Below are positions 1 through 8,732 of a stretch of 23,989 nucleotides of DNA, piece after piece. The stretch covers positions 1 to 23,989 of the forward strand of contig JAYVCD010000456.1 in the NCBI GenBank assembly GCA_043750125.1, written 5' to 3'. The DNA comes from Archangiaceae bacterium (GTDB lineage Bacteria > Myxococcota > Myxococcia > Myxococcales > Myxococcaceae). The first letter of the stretch is position 1. The number at the start of each line of letters is the position of its first letter. The translations under genes were made by a program, and so were the position numbers. The notes beneath the pieces were generated by a model. The model ran no database searches, had not been told where the DNA came from, and saw only the letters and a program-made list of their open reading frames with translations.

Positions 1-30
1 TGGCGGCGAGGCGCGATCGGCGGCGTTCAC
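1..30 (-). CDS. Possible 5' end of a downstream gene running off the window (GTG start, MNAADRASPP...)
   Basis: Minus-strand GGGAGGA Shine-Dalgarno at 47..41, then GTG at 30..28 with the frame open to the window edge. Only 10 codons are visible. Confidence 0.3.
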   Translation of the reverse strand, partial: MNAADRASPP

Positions 31-45
31 TCGGTGATCGTCCTC

Positions 46-65
46 CCTGCAGCTGTCGCTGCAGG
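46..65. other. Perfect 8-bp hairpin CCTGCAGC-tgtc-GCTGCAGG
   Basis: Exact inverted repeat 46-53 / 58-65, lying 31 nt past the stop of the diguanylate cyclase gene. No U-tract on the minus strand. Confidence 0.45.
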
Positions 66-96
66 TTTGCTGGCTCAATTCCCGGACAAGCTGTAG

Positions 97-975
97 TTAA
101 GCGCAGACCTTGTTGCGGCCCGACTCTTTGGCTTCGTAGAGCCGGGTGTCGGCCAGCCGAATCAGATCGGTTCCGTCGACGAGGTCGGGGCTGAGCGCGG
201 CGACTCCTGCCGAGACGGTCACCGAGATCGGCTGTTTGTCGAACTCGAACTTCGTCTTTTCGATCAGCTTGCGCGCCTTCTCGGCGAGCGAGGTGGCGCC
301 CTTGAGATCCACCTCGGGCAACAGCAGGCCGAACTCTTCGCCCCCGTAGCGGGCGACGATGTCCTCGCGGCGCACCCGCGTCTTGAGCGACGAGGCGACG
401 TGCTTGAGGACGTGGTCACCGGCGAGGTGGCCATGGGTGTCGTTGATCGCCTTGAAGAAGTCGATGTCCAGCATCACCAACGACAGGGCCCGGCCATACC
501 GGTTGCACCGCGACAGCTCGCGCTCGAGCGTCTCTTCGAAGTAGCGGCGGTTGTAGATCTGGGTCAGGCCATCGACCGTCGTCAGCCGGTAGATCTCATC
601 GTGGTACGCGGCCTCGATGTTTCCGCCCGCGATGAACTTGAAGATGGTGCGGCCGATCTTGACCAGGTCCCCGTTTCGCATCGCGAACTCGCCGCTGACC
701 TGCTCGTCGTTGACGAAGGACCCATTGGTCGAACCCAGGTCTTCGATCGTCACCCGGCCGTCGCGGTTGACGAGCTTGGCGTGGTTGCGGCTGATCGATT
801 CCTGATCAATCTGAATGTCGGCCTTGGAAGATCGGCCCACCACGGTCGACGGCTTGATCAGATCGAACTTGCGACCCAGATCGACCCCGTGAATGACGAC
901 CATTGCCGCGTCGCGGGTGACTGGGCGATCAGAGATTTTAGAGATGACCGTGACGACGGTCTTCGTCTTCCCCAT
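97..975 (-). CDS. FHA-domain diguanylate cyclase (FHA-GGDEF)
   Basis: FHA motifs VGRS, ISRNHA, DLGSTNG. GGDEF domain with DGLTQIYNRR, DIDFFKAINDTHGHLAGD, I-site RRED, active site RYGGEEF and LYEAKESGRN. Confidence 0.95.
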   Translation of the reverse strand: MGKTKTVVTVISKISDRPVTRDAAMVVIHGVDLGRKFDLIKPSTVVGRSSKADIQIDQESISRNHAKLVNRDGRVTIEDLGSTNGSFVNDEQVSGEFAMRNGDLVKIGRTIFKFIAGGNIEAAYHDEIYRLTTVDGLTQIYNRRYFEETLERELSRCNRYGRALSLVMLDIDFFKAINDTHGHLAGDHVLKHVASSLKTRVRREDIVARYGGEEFGLLLPEVDLKGATSLAEKARKLIEKTKFEFDKQPISVTVSAGVAALSPDLVDGTDLIRLADTRLYEAKESGRNKVCA

Positions 976-995
976 CTTGGGGTCCGGATGGTAGC

Positions 996-2366
996 TCAGA
1001 CCACCCAGGCGGGGTCGGCTTTTGGCCGCTTCTGCAGCTCGTCGCGGGCGTCTTCGTAGCCGGGGCGTCCCAATAGCCCGCAGGCGTAGCGCTTCCCCGC
1101 TTCCACGCCGGGCTGATCGTAGGGGTCGATTCCATACAGGGAACCTGCGAACCCGGTGGCGATCTCGAGCAGCATCATCAGCTCGCCCATCGCGAACGCA
1201 TCGAGCTTGGGCAGCGTGACGGTGATCGATGGTCGCCCCGCGGCAGCCAGGGCCGCCGCGGTGGCCTGCTGCTCGGCGGTCAGCAAGGTGTGGAACTTGA
1301 TCCCATTGAGGTACTTCACGTCGGGCTGATCTTCGAAACCCCGGGGGATGCTCAGATCGATGCGCGGCTGCTCAATCGCCACGAAGACCGTCACCTTGTC
1401 GTTCGGGCCTTCCATCAACAGCTGAAGCAGCGAGTGTTGATCGGTCGCGCCGACCGCGCGCAGTGGCGTCGGCCCATGGCTGTTCTTGCCCAGGCTCTCG
1501 GCCCACAGCTGCACGAACCAGTCGCCCGTCTCGCGCAGCGCGTCGGCGTAGGGCATCAGCACGTGCAGCGGGCGGCCGCGTTCCTTGTCGAACAGGAAGA
1601 GCGCCGTCCCCAGCAGGTAGGCGGGGTTTTCGAACAGCTGGTCGGAAGCGCAGCGGCGGGCCATTGCGGCGGCGCCGGCGAACAGCTGATCGACATCGAT
1701 GCCCGCGGCGGCTGCCGGCAGCAGGCCCACCGCGGTGAGCACCGAATAGCGGCCCCCGACGATTCCAGGCACCGGAAGGTTGCGCCAGCCCTGCGCCGTC
1801 GCCACCGCCCGCAGCGCCCCCCTGGAAGGATCCGTCACTGCCACCACCTGCTTCTTCATCGCCGCCGCGCCCAGCTTGTCCTGCAGGTAGAGCAGCTGAG
1901 CCCAGGTCTCGGCGGTGCCGCCGCTTTTGGTGATCGCGACGATCGCCGCCTTCGACACGTCGACGATTTCCATCAGGCTGGCGAAGGTCGTTCCGTCCGA
2001 GTTGTCCGGAAAAAAGGTTCGCAGCCCCTGACGCTTCGCCCGGGGCAGCAGGTTGTGAAAGGGGTGGCACAGCGCGGTGAACAGCGCTTTGCCTCCGAGG
2101 CTCGAGCCGCCGATGCCGAGCACCAGCTGATCTTCGAATTGCCCCTGCAGCTCTTTGGCGACCGCTTTGACCGCATCTTTCGCGGCGTGATCTTCGGGCA
2201 GCTTCATGAAGCCGAGCTTTCCCGAGGCATGAGCGGTGGTGAGCGCCTCGTGCGCCGCCTTCGTCTTCGGGGCCAGCGCAGTGAACTGTGAGCGCGAGAG
2301 CCCCGAAGCGCCGACCTGCGCGCTGGTGGCAAAGTTCAGATCGAGTGTCAGGCGGGAGGTCTTCAT
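996..2366 (-). CDS. pgi: Glucose-6-phosphate isomerase
   Basis: Signature motifs GIGGSSLG, TKSGGTAET, GGRYSV, QLWAESLGK, GATDQHS and DQPGVEAGK; 456 aa short-type PGI. Confidence 0.96.
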   Translation of the reverse strand: MKTSRLTLDLNFATSAQVGASGLSRSQFTALAPKTKAAHEALTTAHASGKLGFMKLPEDHAAKDAVKAVAKELQGQFEDQLVLGIGGSSLGGKALFTALCHPFHNLLPRAKRQGLRTFFPDNSDGTTFASLMEIVDVSKAAIVAITKSGGTAETWAQLLYLQDKLGAAAMKKQVVAVTDPSRGALRAVATAQGWRNLPVPGIVGGRYSVLTAVGLLPAAAAGIDVDQLFAGAAAMARRCASDQLFENPAYLLGTALFLFDKERGRPLHVLMPYADALRETGDWFVQLWAESLGKNSHGPTPLRAVGATDQHSLLQLLMEGPNDKVTVFVAIEQPRIDLSIPRGFEDQPDVKYLNGIKFHTLLTAEQQATAAALAAAGRPSITVTLPKLDAFAMGELMMLLEIATGFAGSLYGIDPYDQPGVEAGKRYACGLLGRPGYEDARDELQKRPKADPAWVV

Positions 2367-2392
2367 GGGGCCGGGAAACTAATCCAGAACCC

Positions 2393-2431
2393 AAAGCAAA
2401 CGGGGCCCCAACCGCCATGGTTGGAGCCCCG
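2393..2431 (-). terminator. Rho-independent terminator after the large lipoprotein gene
   Basis: Minus strand reads CGGGGCTCCAACC-atggc-GGTTGGGGCCCCG (13-bp stem with one U-G pair) followed by TTTGCTTT, 24 nt after the stop at 2456. Confidence 0.85.
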
Positions 2432-2455
2432 AATCAATCAAACTTCAGGCCCGAG

Positions 2456-5128
2456 CTACTGGATGTTCGCCGTCTGGCTCGCCGAGACCGGCGGCGACAC
2501 GGGCGTATTGCCGATCGTGATCAGCGTCGCGGTCATCGTCGCGTTGGCCAACACGCACGCAGCCGGAACGGTGATCGCAATCTCACCCTTGCCCGCGGTA
2601 ACCTCGGTCTTCGTGTCGACATCGGGGCAGGTCGCGGTGGTCGGAGTAAACGAGAGTCGAACGAAGCCATCTTCGGTCGCCGTGGATCCCACCTTGAAGC
2701 CCTTCACGGTCACGATGACCTGGGTGCCCTTGGTGACCGTCATTCCGCCCGCGGCCGGAGTCTTCCAGGTGATCGACGGCCGGTCGTAGTCGACGAGGCT
2801 GAACGCAGTGGTGAAGTCGACCAGCCGATCGGCGTTGGTCGAATTGAACTCGACCAGCTGCTTGAAGGAAATCGTCGCTCCGGTGGCCAACGCCGGGTTG
2901 TCGTTGAGCCGAATCTGCTGAACGAGGAAAGGCGAGCGCGAGCCGGAAGTCATACCGGTGAAGAAGGTGCGATCGCCGAACGTGCCGGTCGGGGTCGGCA
3001 GGGTGAAGCCCTGCAGGGCCTGGGCGGGGTCCAGGTACACCACCCAGCGGTGATCGGCCTCGTCGGTAAACACCACGCGGGTGAACGAAGAGCCGGTCTG
3101 GCTCGATTCCGCCGCGTTGGCGAACTTGAAGCTGCGGGCCGGAATGCCACCCACAGCGGTGTTGCCGAAGTTGTACTTCGCCGACTCGGGGAACCCCGGG
3201 AAGCCGGTGCCGATGTCGATCGGCGTCACTCCCTTGGGGTCGAACTTCAGCGCGTTGTCTTTGATTCGCGAGAAGATCGCCGAGGTGGCAAGGCCGGCAG
3301 ACGCATCGGTGATGCTCTTCAGCGAGAGGCCGAGTGCGACGACTCCGTACTGCGAGCCCTCGATGCCGTGGTGGGTGGGTGCCATGCGCAGGCTGACCAG
3401 CCCGTGGGTCACGAGGTCCGACTGCGGGTCGGTCAACTTCAGGTCGGTGTCGGTGTTGACCGCCGCGCCAAGGCCGAGCGGGACAACGCCGCGGCCGGGG
3501 ACGATCGCTCCGCCAAGAAGGACAACTGCGTCGACGTAGGTGCTCTTGAACTTCGGAAGCTCAGGGACCTTGACCACGAGCGCATAGGACAGCGGCACTT
3601 CCGTGGTGGTGGGGACCCCGACCTGGAAGAAGCTGTGGTTGGTGACGGTGAACTCGGGCAGGCCGCCGTCAACATCGCTGAAGCGGTTGTTGCCGTTGGC
3701 GTCCTTCTGGGTGGGCTTCAGCGTGAATTGCACGTCGCGAACGACCGACGAGGCGAAGCGCTTGAAGACGGGAAGGATCTGCGAGAGCACCATGCTGAAG
3801 TCGATGTTGTTCAGGCCTCCAATCAGCGAGGCAATCGGCAGCTCGCGCAGCGGAACGTCGCCCGCCAGCGCCCAGGCGGTGCGGGTGCCGCACGTGCCCG
3901 ACAGAATCGCCGCTTCATCGGGAACGCCGGCCGAGGTCAGACAGACGCCGGCGAGGCCCTGCGCCGAGATGCTCCCCTTGATCACCTGGTCGGTGAAGCC
4001 GAGGTACACGCCCGCGGGCAGGGGCACGTTCATCTGGTCCACCACGGTTCCAATCTTGACCCGGGTGGGGATGGTGGGACCCAGCAGCTGGGAAAACGAG
4101 AGGTCGGTGATCGAGCCGGCCAACGACGCGCCCGCGATTCCGGCGCGCACGTTTCCGCTGACCGGGACGTTGTTGAACGTGCCCTTGTACCCGCCGTACT
4201 TGTCGACCTGGTTGCGCCGCAGCACGAACGAGAGGAAGCCGGTGCCGGTCAAATCGTAGTTGGCGATCGTCAGGTAGTTGTAGTCGGCGTGAAAGACCGT
4301 GACGGTCACCGTCGCAGGCAGGCCGGGGACGTTCTTGAACCCGTTCGCGTCGGTCTGCACCGCGGCCCCAATCGCCGCTCCGGTGGTCGGGTTGGACGCA
4401 AGCACCGAGGCGCCCGAGATGGGGCGACCGGTGAGCTCGTCGGTGACGATGACGTTGACCGTTCCCGCCGCCGGAGCGGCGCTGGAAATGACCTGCACCC
4501 TGGCAAAGCAGTCCTTGCCGCCGATCGTGGCCTTTACGGCCTGGTCAGCCGAAGGGTTCGGAGTGCCCCCGGTGAACTCGGCCGTCACGCCCGTCATCCC
4601 GGCCGCGCCGGTGACCGTCGCGGTCGCCGCGGTCCAGGTGATGCCGGTCTTGACCACCACCGGCTTCTTGTCCGCGTCCCAGGCCGAGACCCAGAACTTC
4701 GCCTTCTCGCCCTGCTTGAGCACCACGAAGTCGGGGATCACCGCGCAGCTGGCGACCGTAGTCGCAGCGGGGGCGTCGACGCACGCTCCGCTGCGGCAGA
4801 CCTGAGTGCCGCAATCGACATCGGCCGAGCAGAACTTGCCGACGCACTTGAAGTCGTCACACTCGCAGCCGAGGCCCGAGGCGCACTGGGGCAGCGCGAA
4901 CTCTTTGCGCTCTTCCTTGGCGCAGTCGGCCTTCACCCGGCACGACGGCTGACATTCCAGATTGATGCAGGCAAAGAACCGCTCATTCCCACACTGAGAA
5001 TCGTTCTCACACCCGTCCATTCCTCCCCCGTCGATTCCGCCGTCGGGGATCTTGGGAGGCGAGCCGCATGCGGTGGCGAACGCCAAGGCCGCAAGTGCGA
5101 TCAAAAAAGTGCGCGGGAACAAAGTCAT
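2456..5128 (-). CDS. Large lipoprotein with Cys-rich N-terminal repeats, Ig-like and carboxypeptidase-regulatory-like beta-sandwich domains
   Basis: AAGGAG SD (5140-5135) 6 nt before ATG 5128. Signal peptide MTLFPRTFLIALAALAFATA-C with lipobox. 14 Cys in C-x2-D-x2-C-like repeats. The segment VIVTDELTGRPISGASV is typical of carboxypeptidase-regulatory-like domains. Confidence 0.85.
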   Translation of the reverse strand: MTLFPRTFLIALAALAFATACGSPPKIPDGGIDGGGMDGCENDSQCGNERFFACINLECQPSCRVKADCAKEERKEFALPQCASGLGCECDDFKCVGKFCSADVDCGTQVCRSGACVDAPAATTVASCAVIPDFVVLKQGEKAKFWVSAWDADKKPVVVKTGITWTAATATVTGAAGMTGVTAEFTGGTPNPSADQAVKATIGGKDCFARVQVISSAAPAAGTVNVIVTDELTGRPISGASVLASNPTTGAAIGAAVQTDANGFKNVPGLPATVTVTVFHADYNYLTIANYDLTGTGFLSFVLRRNQVDKYGGYKGTFNNVPVSGNVRAGIAGASLAGSITDLSFSQLLGPTIPTRVKIGTVVDQMNVPLPAGVYLGFTDQVIKGSISAQGLAGVCLTSAGVPDEAAILSGTCGTRTAWALAGDVPLRELPIASLIGGLNNIDFSMVLSQILPVFKRFASSVVRDVQFTLKPTQKDANGNNRFSDVDGGLPEFTVTNHSFFQVGVPTTTEVPLSYALVVKVPELPKFKSTYVDAVVLLGGAIVPGRGVVPLGLGAAVNTDTDLKLTDPQSDLVTHGLVSLRMAPTHHGIEGSQYGVVALGLSLKSITDASAGLATSAIFSRIKDNALKFDPKGVTPIDIGTGFPGFPESAKYNFGNTAVGGIPARSFKFANAAESSQTGSSFTRVVFTDEADHRWVVYLDPAQALQGFTLPTPTGTFGDRTFFTGMTSGSRSPFLVQQIRLNDNPALATGATISFKQLVEFNSTNADRLVDFTTAFSLVDYDRPSITWKTPAAGGMTVTKGTQVIVTVKGFKVGSTATEDGFVRLSFTPTTATCPDVDTKTEVTAGKGEIAITVPAACVLANATMTATLITIGNTPVSPPVSASQTANIQ

Positions 5129-5224
5129 CAAAAGCTCCTTGGTACTGCTGAGGACGGCCGAGGGAAAAGGGGGGCATTTGACGGATGGGGCTGATGGTTG
5201 TCAAACGCCAAGTGCGGACGGCAA

Positions 5225-5241
5225 AGCGAGGCGTGTGCCAG
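5225..5241 (-). promoter_or_regulatory. Putative sigma54 (-24/-12) promoter for the lipoprotein gene
   Basis: Minus strand CTGGCACACGCCTCGCT = TGGCAC-N5-TCGCT with exact GG-N10-GC spacing, about 100 nt upstream of ATG 5128. Confidence 0.6.
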
Positions 5242-5325
5242 CCGAAGACGCGCGAATTTATTGAGACCCGCAAGGCGAAAGCAAGACACAGCCGCCGCTG
5301 TTGGGCCACACTGACTGGAGCATCG

Positions 5326-5619
5326 ATGCGCAAGTTCACCTCGCTCAAAGACGTCCTTCCGCTGGCGTTGGGTCAGGTGGCTGCGAACACGACGGCAGCC
5401 GGGCCGCTGAAGGTCATCTGGGACGAGCTCGTGGGCCCGGCGATCGCCCACAACGCCACTCCTCACGTGCTGGTGGGCGGAACGCTGATTATCGAAGTCC
5501 AGAACCGCGCCTGGGCTGAAGAGCTGGGCCGTCGCGGCCCCGAGCTGCTGCCCAGGCTCCAGGCCAGGCTGGGCGGGCCGAACGTGGTTCGGTCACTGAC
5601 GTTCAAGGTGAAGGCGTGA
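5326..5619 (+). CDS. dciA: DUF721 / DciA-family protein (putative replicative helicase loader)
   Basis: GGAG SD at 5317-5320 and ATG at 5326; 97 aa. The pattern W-x-E-L-VG-x2-IA-x-NA-T-P...GTLIIEV-x-N-x-AWA-x-EL...L-x2-RL is characteristic of DUF721. Confidence 0.8.
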   Translation: MRKFTSLKDVLPLALGQVAANTTAAGPLKVIWDELVGPAIAHNATPHVLVGGTLIIEVQNRAWAEELGRRGPELLPRLQARLGGPNVVRSLTFKVKA

Positions 5620-7109
5620 GCCTGGTTCCGCTGTTGTTGCTGGCGGCGCTGGGGCCTGCGACCGAGCTCGAAGCGGCGGCGAGCGCGACCCTGGCCCAGC
5701 AATTCGAGCGCGTCGGCCGCAGCAACCCCATTCTGGATCCCGCGCTGACCCGTGCGGCGCGCGCGCTGGCGGCCAGGGCGCTCGACACCAGTGCAAACCA
5801 GGCCGCCGAGCTGCTGACGCTGACGGCCGCGATGTCCGAGGCCGGCGGCTTCGATGCGACGCCCCGCGCGCTGGTGCTTCGGGGATCTCCGAGCACCGAG
5901 CCGATGTTGGCGCTGACCCAGCGCGATGATCTGACCGCCGAGCCCTGCTCTCACCTCGGAATCGGAGCCATCAAGCGCGGAGATCTGGCAGCGATTGTGA
6001 TCCTCTTCGCCGAGCGCCGCATGGACCTGTCTGCGTTTCCGCGCTCGTTCGTCCGGATTCCGGCCGCGCCCCAGAAGTTGTGTGCCCAGCTCTACGAGCC
6101 GTTCAAGACAGCCGAGGTCTTCGTCACAAGGCCTGGAGGCCAGGTCGACCGGTTCCCTGCCCGCCCGACCGGCAACTCGGTGTGCGCAGCGATCGAATTT
6201 CCGACCGAAGGCCGACACACTCTCGAGGTGCTGGCCCGCGGCGACAAGGGGCCCCAGGTGGCCGCGCTGTTCTTCGTTCAGGTCGGCACCGTGGCTTCGA
6301 AAGAAGGCCCGATGGCCGAGCGCGAGCCGAACACTCCTGAGGAATCGAGGTCCCGGGTGTTGTTGCGAATCAACGCCCTGAGGGGGGCCAGCGGGCAGAA
6401 GAGCGTCGGGCGGGACTTCGAGCTCGATGGTGTCGCGCAGGCCTATGCCGAGCGCCTGGCGAATGAAAACTTCTTTGCCCATGTCGCTCCGGACGGAGCC
6501 GATCTGAAGTCGCGCCTGACCGCCGCGGGCTACCGGTACACGTCGGCGGGCGAAAATCTGGGGCTTGCCAATGGGCCCCTGGCCGCGCACTTCTCGATTG
6601 AGCACAGCCCGGGTCATCGCAAGAACCTGCTCGACCCGATCTACACCCAGGCGGGCATCGGAGTGGCGAAGAACAGCCTGAACCAGACGCTGCTGGTCGA
6701 AGTGTTTGCCACTTCCGCCACGGCGCGTTCTGACGAGGACCCGACCCTCGAGGCGGCGACCGCGATTCGCGAAGCACGCAAGCGCAAGGGCTTGCGGCCG
6801 CTGTTGCGCACCTCGGTGCTCGATGCGCTGGCCACCTCGCATGCCCGGCGGGCGCTGGAGCTCGATACTCCCAAGGCGAAGCTTCCGGGTGAGAACCTGC
6901 ACGAGCGGGTGTTCACCGCTCGGGACGACCTGCAGAGCGCTTCGGTCGATTTCTTCGTCACCGACAGTCCTTCGTTGGTCAATGATTCGAAGAACCTCTT
7001 CGACCCCCGTGCGACGCTGGTTGGAATCGGTGTCGCAAAAGGTGACTCGCCTACCTACGGCACGGCAAAGTTCTGGCTCGTCATTATCTACGCTTCCACC
7101 CTCGAATGA
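5616..7109 (+). CDS. Secreted CAP (SCP/cysteine-rich secretory protein)-domain protein with repeated CAP units
   Basis: N-terminal hydrophobic signal. The central CAP domain has INALR, FFAHVAPDG, AGENLG, HSPGHRKNLL and GIGV. A second C-terminal CAP-like unit follows (REARKRKGLRPL...SHA...GEN...VGIGV). GTGA overlap with the upstream gene. Confidence 0.88.
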   Translation: MSLVPLLLLAALGPATELEAAASATLAQQFERVGRSNPILDPALTRAARALAARALDTSANQAAELLTLTAAMSEAGGFDATPRALVLRGSPSTEPMLALTQRDDLTAEPCSHLGIGAIKRGDLAAIVILFAERRMDLSAFPRSFVRIPAAPQKLCAQLYEPFKTAEVFVTRPGGQVDRFPARPTGNSVCAAIEFPTEGRHTLEVLARGDKGPQVAALFFVQVGTVASKEGPMAEREPNTPEESRSRVLLRINALRGASGQKSVGRDFELDGVAQAYAERLANENFFAHVAPDGADLKSRLTAAGYRYTSAGENLGLANGPLAAHFSIEHSPGHRKNLLDPIYTQAGIGVAKNSLNQTLLVEVFATSATARSDEDPTLEAATAIREARKRKGLRPLLRTSVLDALATSHARRALELDTPKAKLPGENLHERVFTARDDLQSASVDFFVTDSPSLVNDSKNLFDPRATLVGIGVAKGDSPTYGTAKFWLVIIYASTLE

Positions 7110-8731
7110 CCCCGACCCCAAGCTCCAGCCCCCGACGCGTGATGTTGGTCGATGACAACGCCCTGGTGCTTGGAATGGCCGGGGACCTGCTCCACGCCGG
7201 CGGGTACGCGGTTCAGCTGCTGATGTACCCGACGCTCACTGTTCCGACCGCGCAGCAATTCAAGCCCCACCTGATCATTCTCGACATGAACATGCCGGTG
7301 CTCAGCGGGCGCGAAGTGCTCCGCAGCTTCAAGACCTTCGAAGAGACTTCCGACGTTCCGGTGGTCTTTCTCACCTCGCAGCTGTCGCCGCGTGAGCAGG
7401 TTCGCGCTTTCAAAGGGGGAGTGGTCGATGTCTGGGCCAAGCCGTTTGGACCCCAGCACGTCGAACGGTTGAGCGAGGTCTTCATCATGCTCGACGCGAT
7501 GGAGCGTGGCCCGACCCTCAGCCCCACCGCGACCCGGCGGTATCTGCTGCTGAAGTTTTTCTACCGTGAGCAGCTGACTGGAAGCTTAATCGTCAACCCC
7601 GGGACTCCTTTCGAAGGCCGGGCGATCTTCGAAAAGGGCATCGTCACCTGGGGGCGAATGGGCCCGCTGGAAGATGAAGCAGCGATCGAAGAAATGTTGT
7701 GTCTGGAAGACGGCTCGTGGCGCTGGGAAGAAGGAATGACCGCCCTGCCCGTGCGCAAAGGGGCGGCGACTTCGTCCCGCTACCGCCCCCGCGTCCTTCT
7801 GGTCGATGACGACCCCGAGCTGCGAAAGCTGTATGGACTTCAGCTCGAGCGCAGTGGCTTCGACGTGGTCGCGGCGGAGCAAGGGGAAGAGGCGCTCCGC
7901 CTGGCGCTCGAGCAGCCCTTCGACGTGATGGTCGCAGACCTCAACATGCCGGTGCTCGATGGGTGGGGGTTGATCAAGCTGCTCAAGTCTTCGGCGCGCA
8001 CCCGCGAGCTTCCAGTTCTGGTCTTGTCGGCGCACGACGACTACCGCGAGACGCTGAAAGCCGCGCGGTCAGGAGCTCACGACTACCTGCGAAAGTCGGG
8101 ACATTCTGAAGAGCTGATTGAGCGGGTGCGAGCCCTGGCCGGGCCCCGGGTGGTCGCGTGGGAAAACTTGCGCAACGGACTGCCGCTGCAGCGCTTCGAA
8201 GTGTTTCAGGTCGGGGCCCAGTGGCTGTTGAAGGCATTGGGCGAGCAGGACTGCACCGGAATTCTCGAAGCCTCGGACGACTGGGGCAGCTACCGGGTCA
8301 AGATCGATCGCGGGCACCTGGTGGAAGCGTCGGCCGAGGCCGGTGCGAAGCGAGCGAGCGGAATTCATGCAATCAGCGCCTTCATCGTCTCGCGGGGGGC
8401 CGAGGCGAGCTTTATTCCGTTCGCGGTTCTGGCCGACGAGCCCCACGGCCCCTGGCTGGTCGACGCGCTGGCCGAGTCGTGCAATGGCGTCGCGACGCTC
8501 GAGCAACGAATCACCGATGAGCGGATCAAGAAGGCGACGCTGATGTCCGTGGATCTCGAGCTTGCCCTGCTGTTCGATCGCATCGGTTCGGCTGCAGATC
8601 TGCGGATTCTTCGGGCGATCGTCGACAAGTCGGTGGAACCCTCGAAGCTGGCCTCGCACCTGCGGCTGCCGCAGGAAGCGATTGATTCAGGGCTCAAAGA
8701 GCTGGTGCGCCGCGGCGTGGTGAGGGTCTGA
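7106..8731 (+). CDS. Multidomain response regulator: REC - DUF4388(PATAN-like) - REC - DUF4388 - wHTH-like tail
   Basis: Two canonical receivers (VMLVDD..ILDMNMP..FLT..AKP and LLVDDD..VADLNMP..VLS..LRK). Each is followed by a TG-x-L...G-x-I/V...G-x-A domain typical of DUF4388. ATGA overlap with the CAP gene. Confidence 0.85.
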   Translation: MTPTPSSSPRRVMLVDDNALVLGMAGDLLHAGGYAVQLLMYPTLTVPTAQQFKPHLIILDMNMPVLSGREVLRSFKTFEETSDVPVVFLTSQLSPREQVRAFKGGVVDVWAKPFGPQHVERLSEVFIMLDAMERGPTLSPTATRRYLLLKFFYREQLTGSLIVNPGTPFEGRAIFEKGIVTWGRMGPLEDEAAIEEMLCLEDGSWRWEEGMTALPVRKGAATSSRYRPRVLLVDDDPELRKLYGLQLERSGFDVVAAEQGEEALRLALEQPFDVMVADLNMPVLDGWGLIKLLKSSARTRELPVLVLSAHDDYRETLKAARSGAHDYLRKSGHSEELIERVRALAGPRVVAWENLRNGLPLQRFEVFQVGAQWLLKALGEQDCTGILEASDDWGSYRVKIDRGHLVEASAEAGAKRASGIHAISAFIVSRGAEASFIPFAVLADEPHGPWLVDALAESCNGVATLEQRITDERIKKATLMSVDLELALLFDRIGSAADLRILRAIVDKSVEPSKLASHLRLPQEAIDSGLKELVRRGVVRV

Positions 8732-8732
8732 C

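Noticed and set aside
2288-5194. 968-aa plus-strand ORF
   Set aside because: Antisense shadow of the lipoprotein gene; Arg/Gly/His-rich with no motifs, as expected for high-GC codon bias.
5185-5325. N-terminal extension of the DUF721 ORF
   Set aside because: The SD and domain boundary support ATG 5326; the extension overlaps promoter-like elements.
5463-7121. 552-aa minus-strand ORF
   Set aside because: Antisense to the CAP gene, which has clear motifs and coupled junctions.
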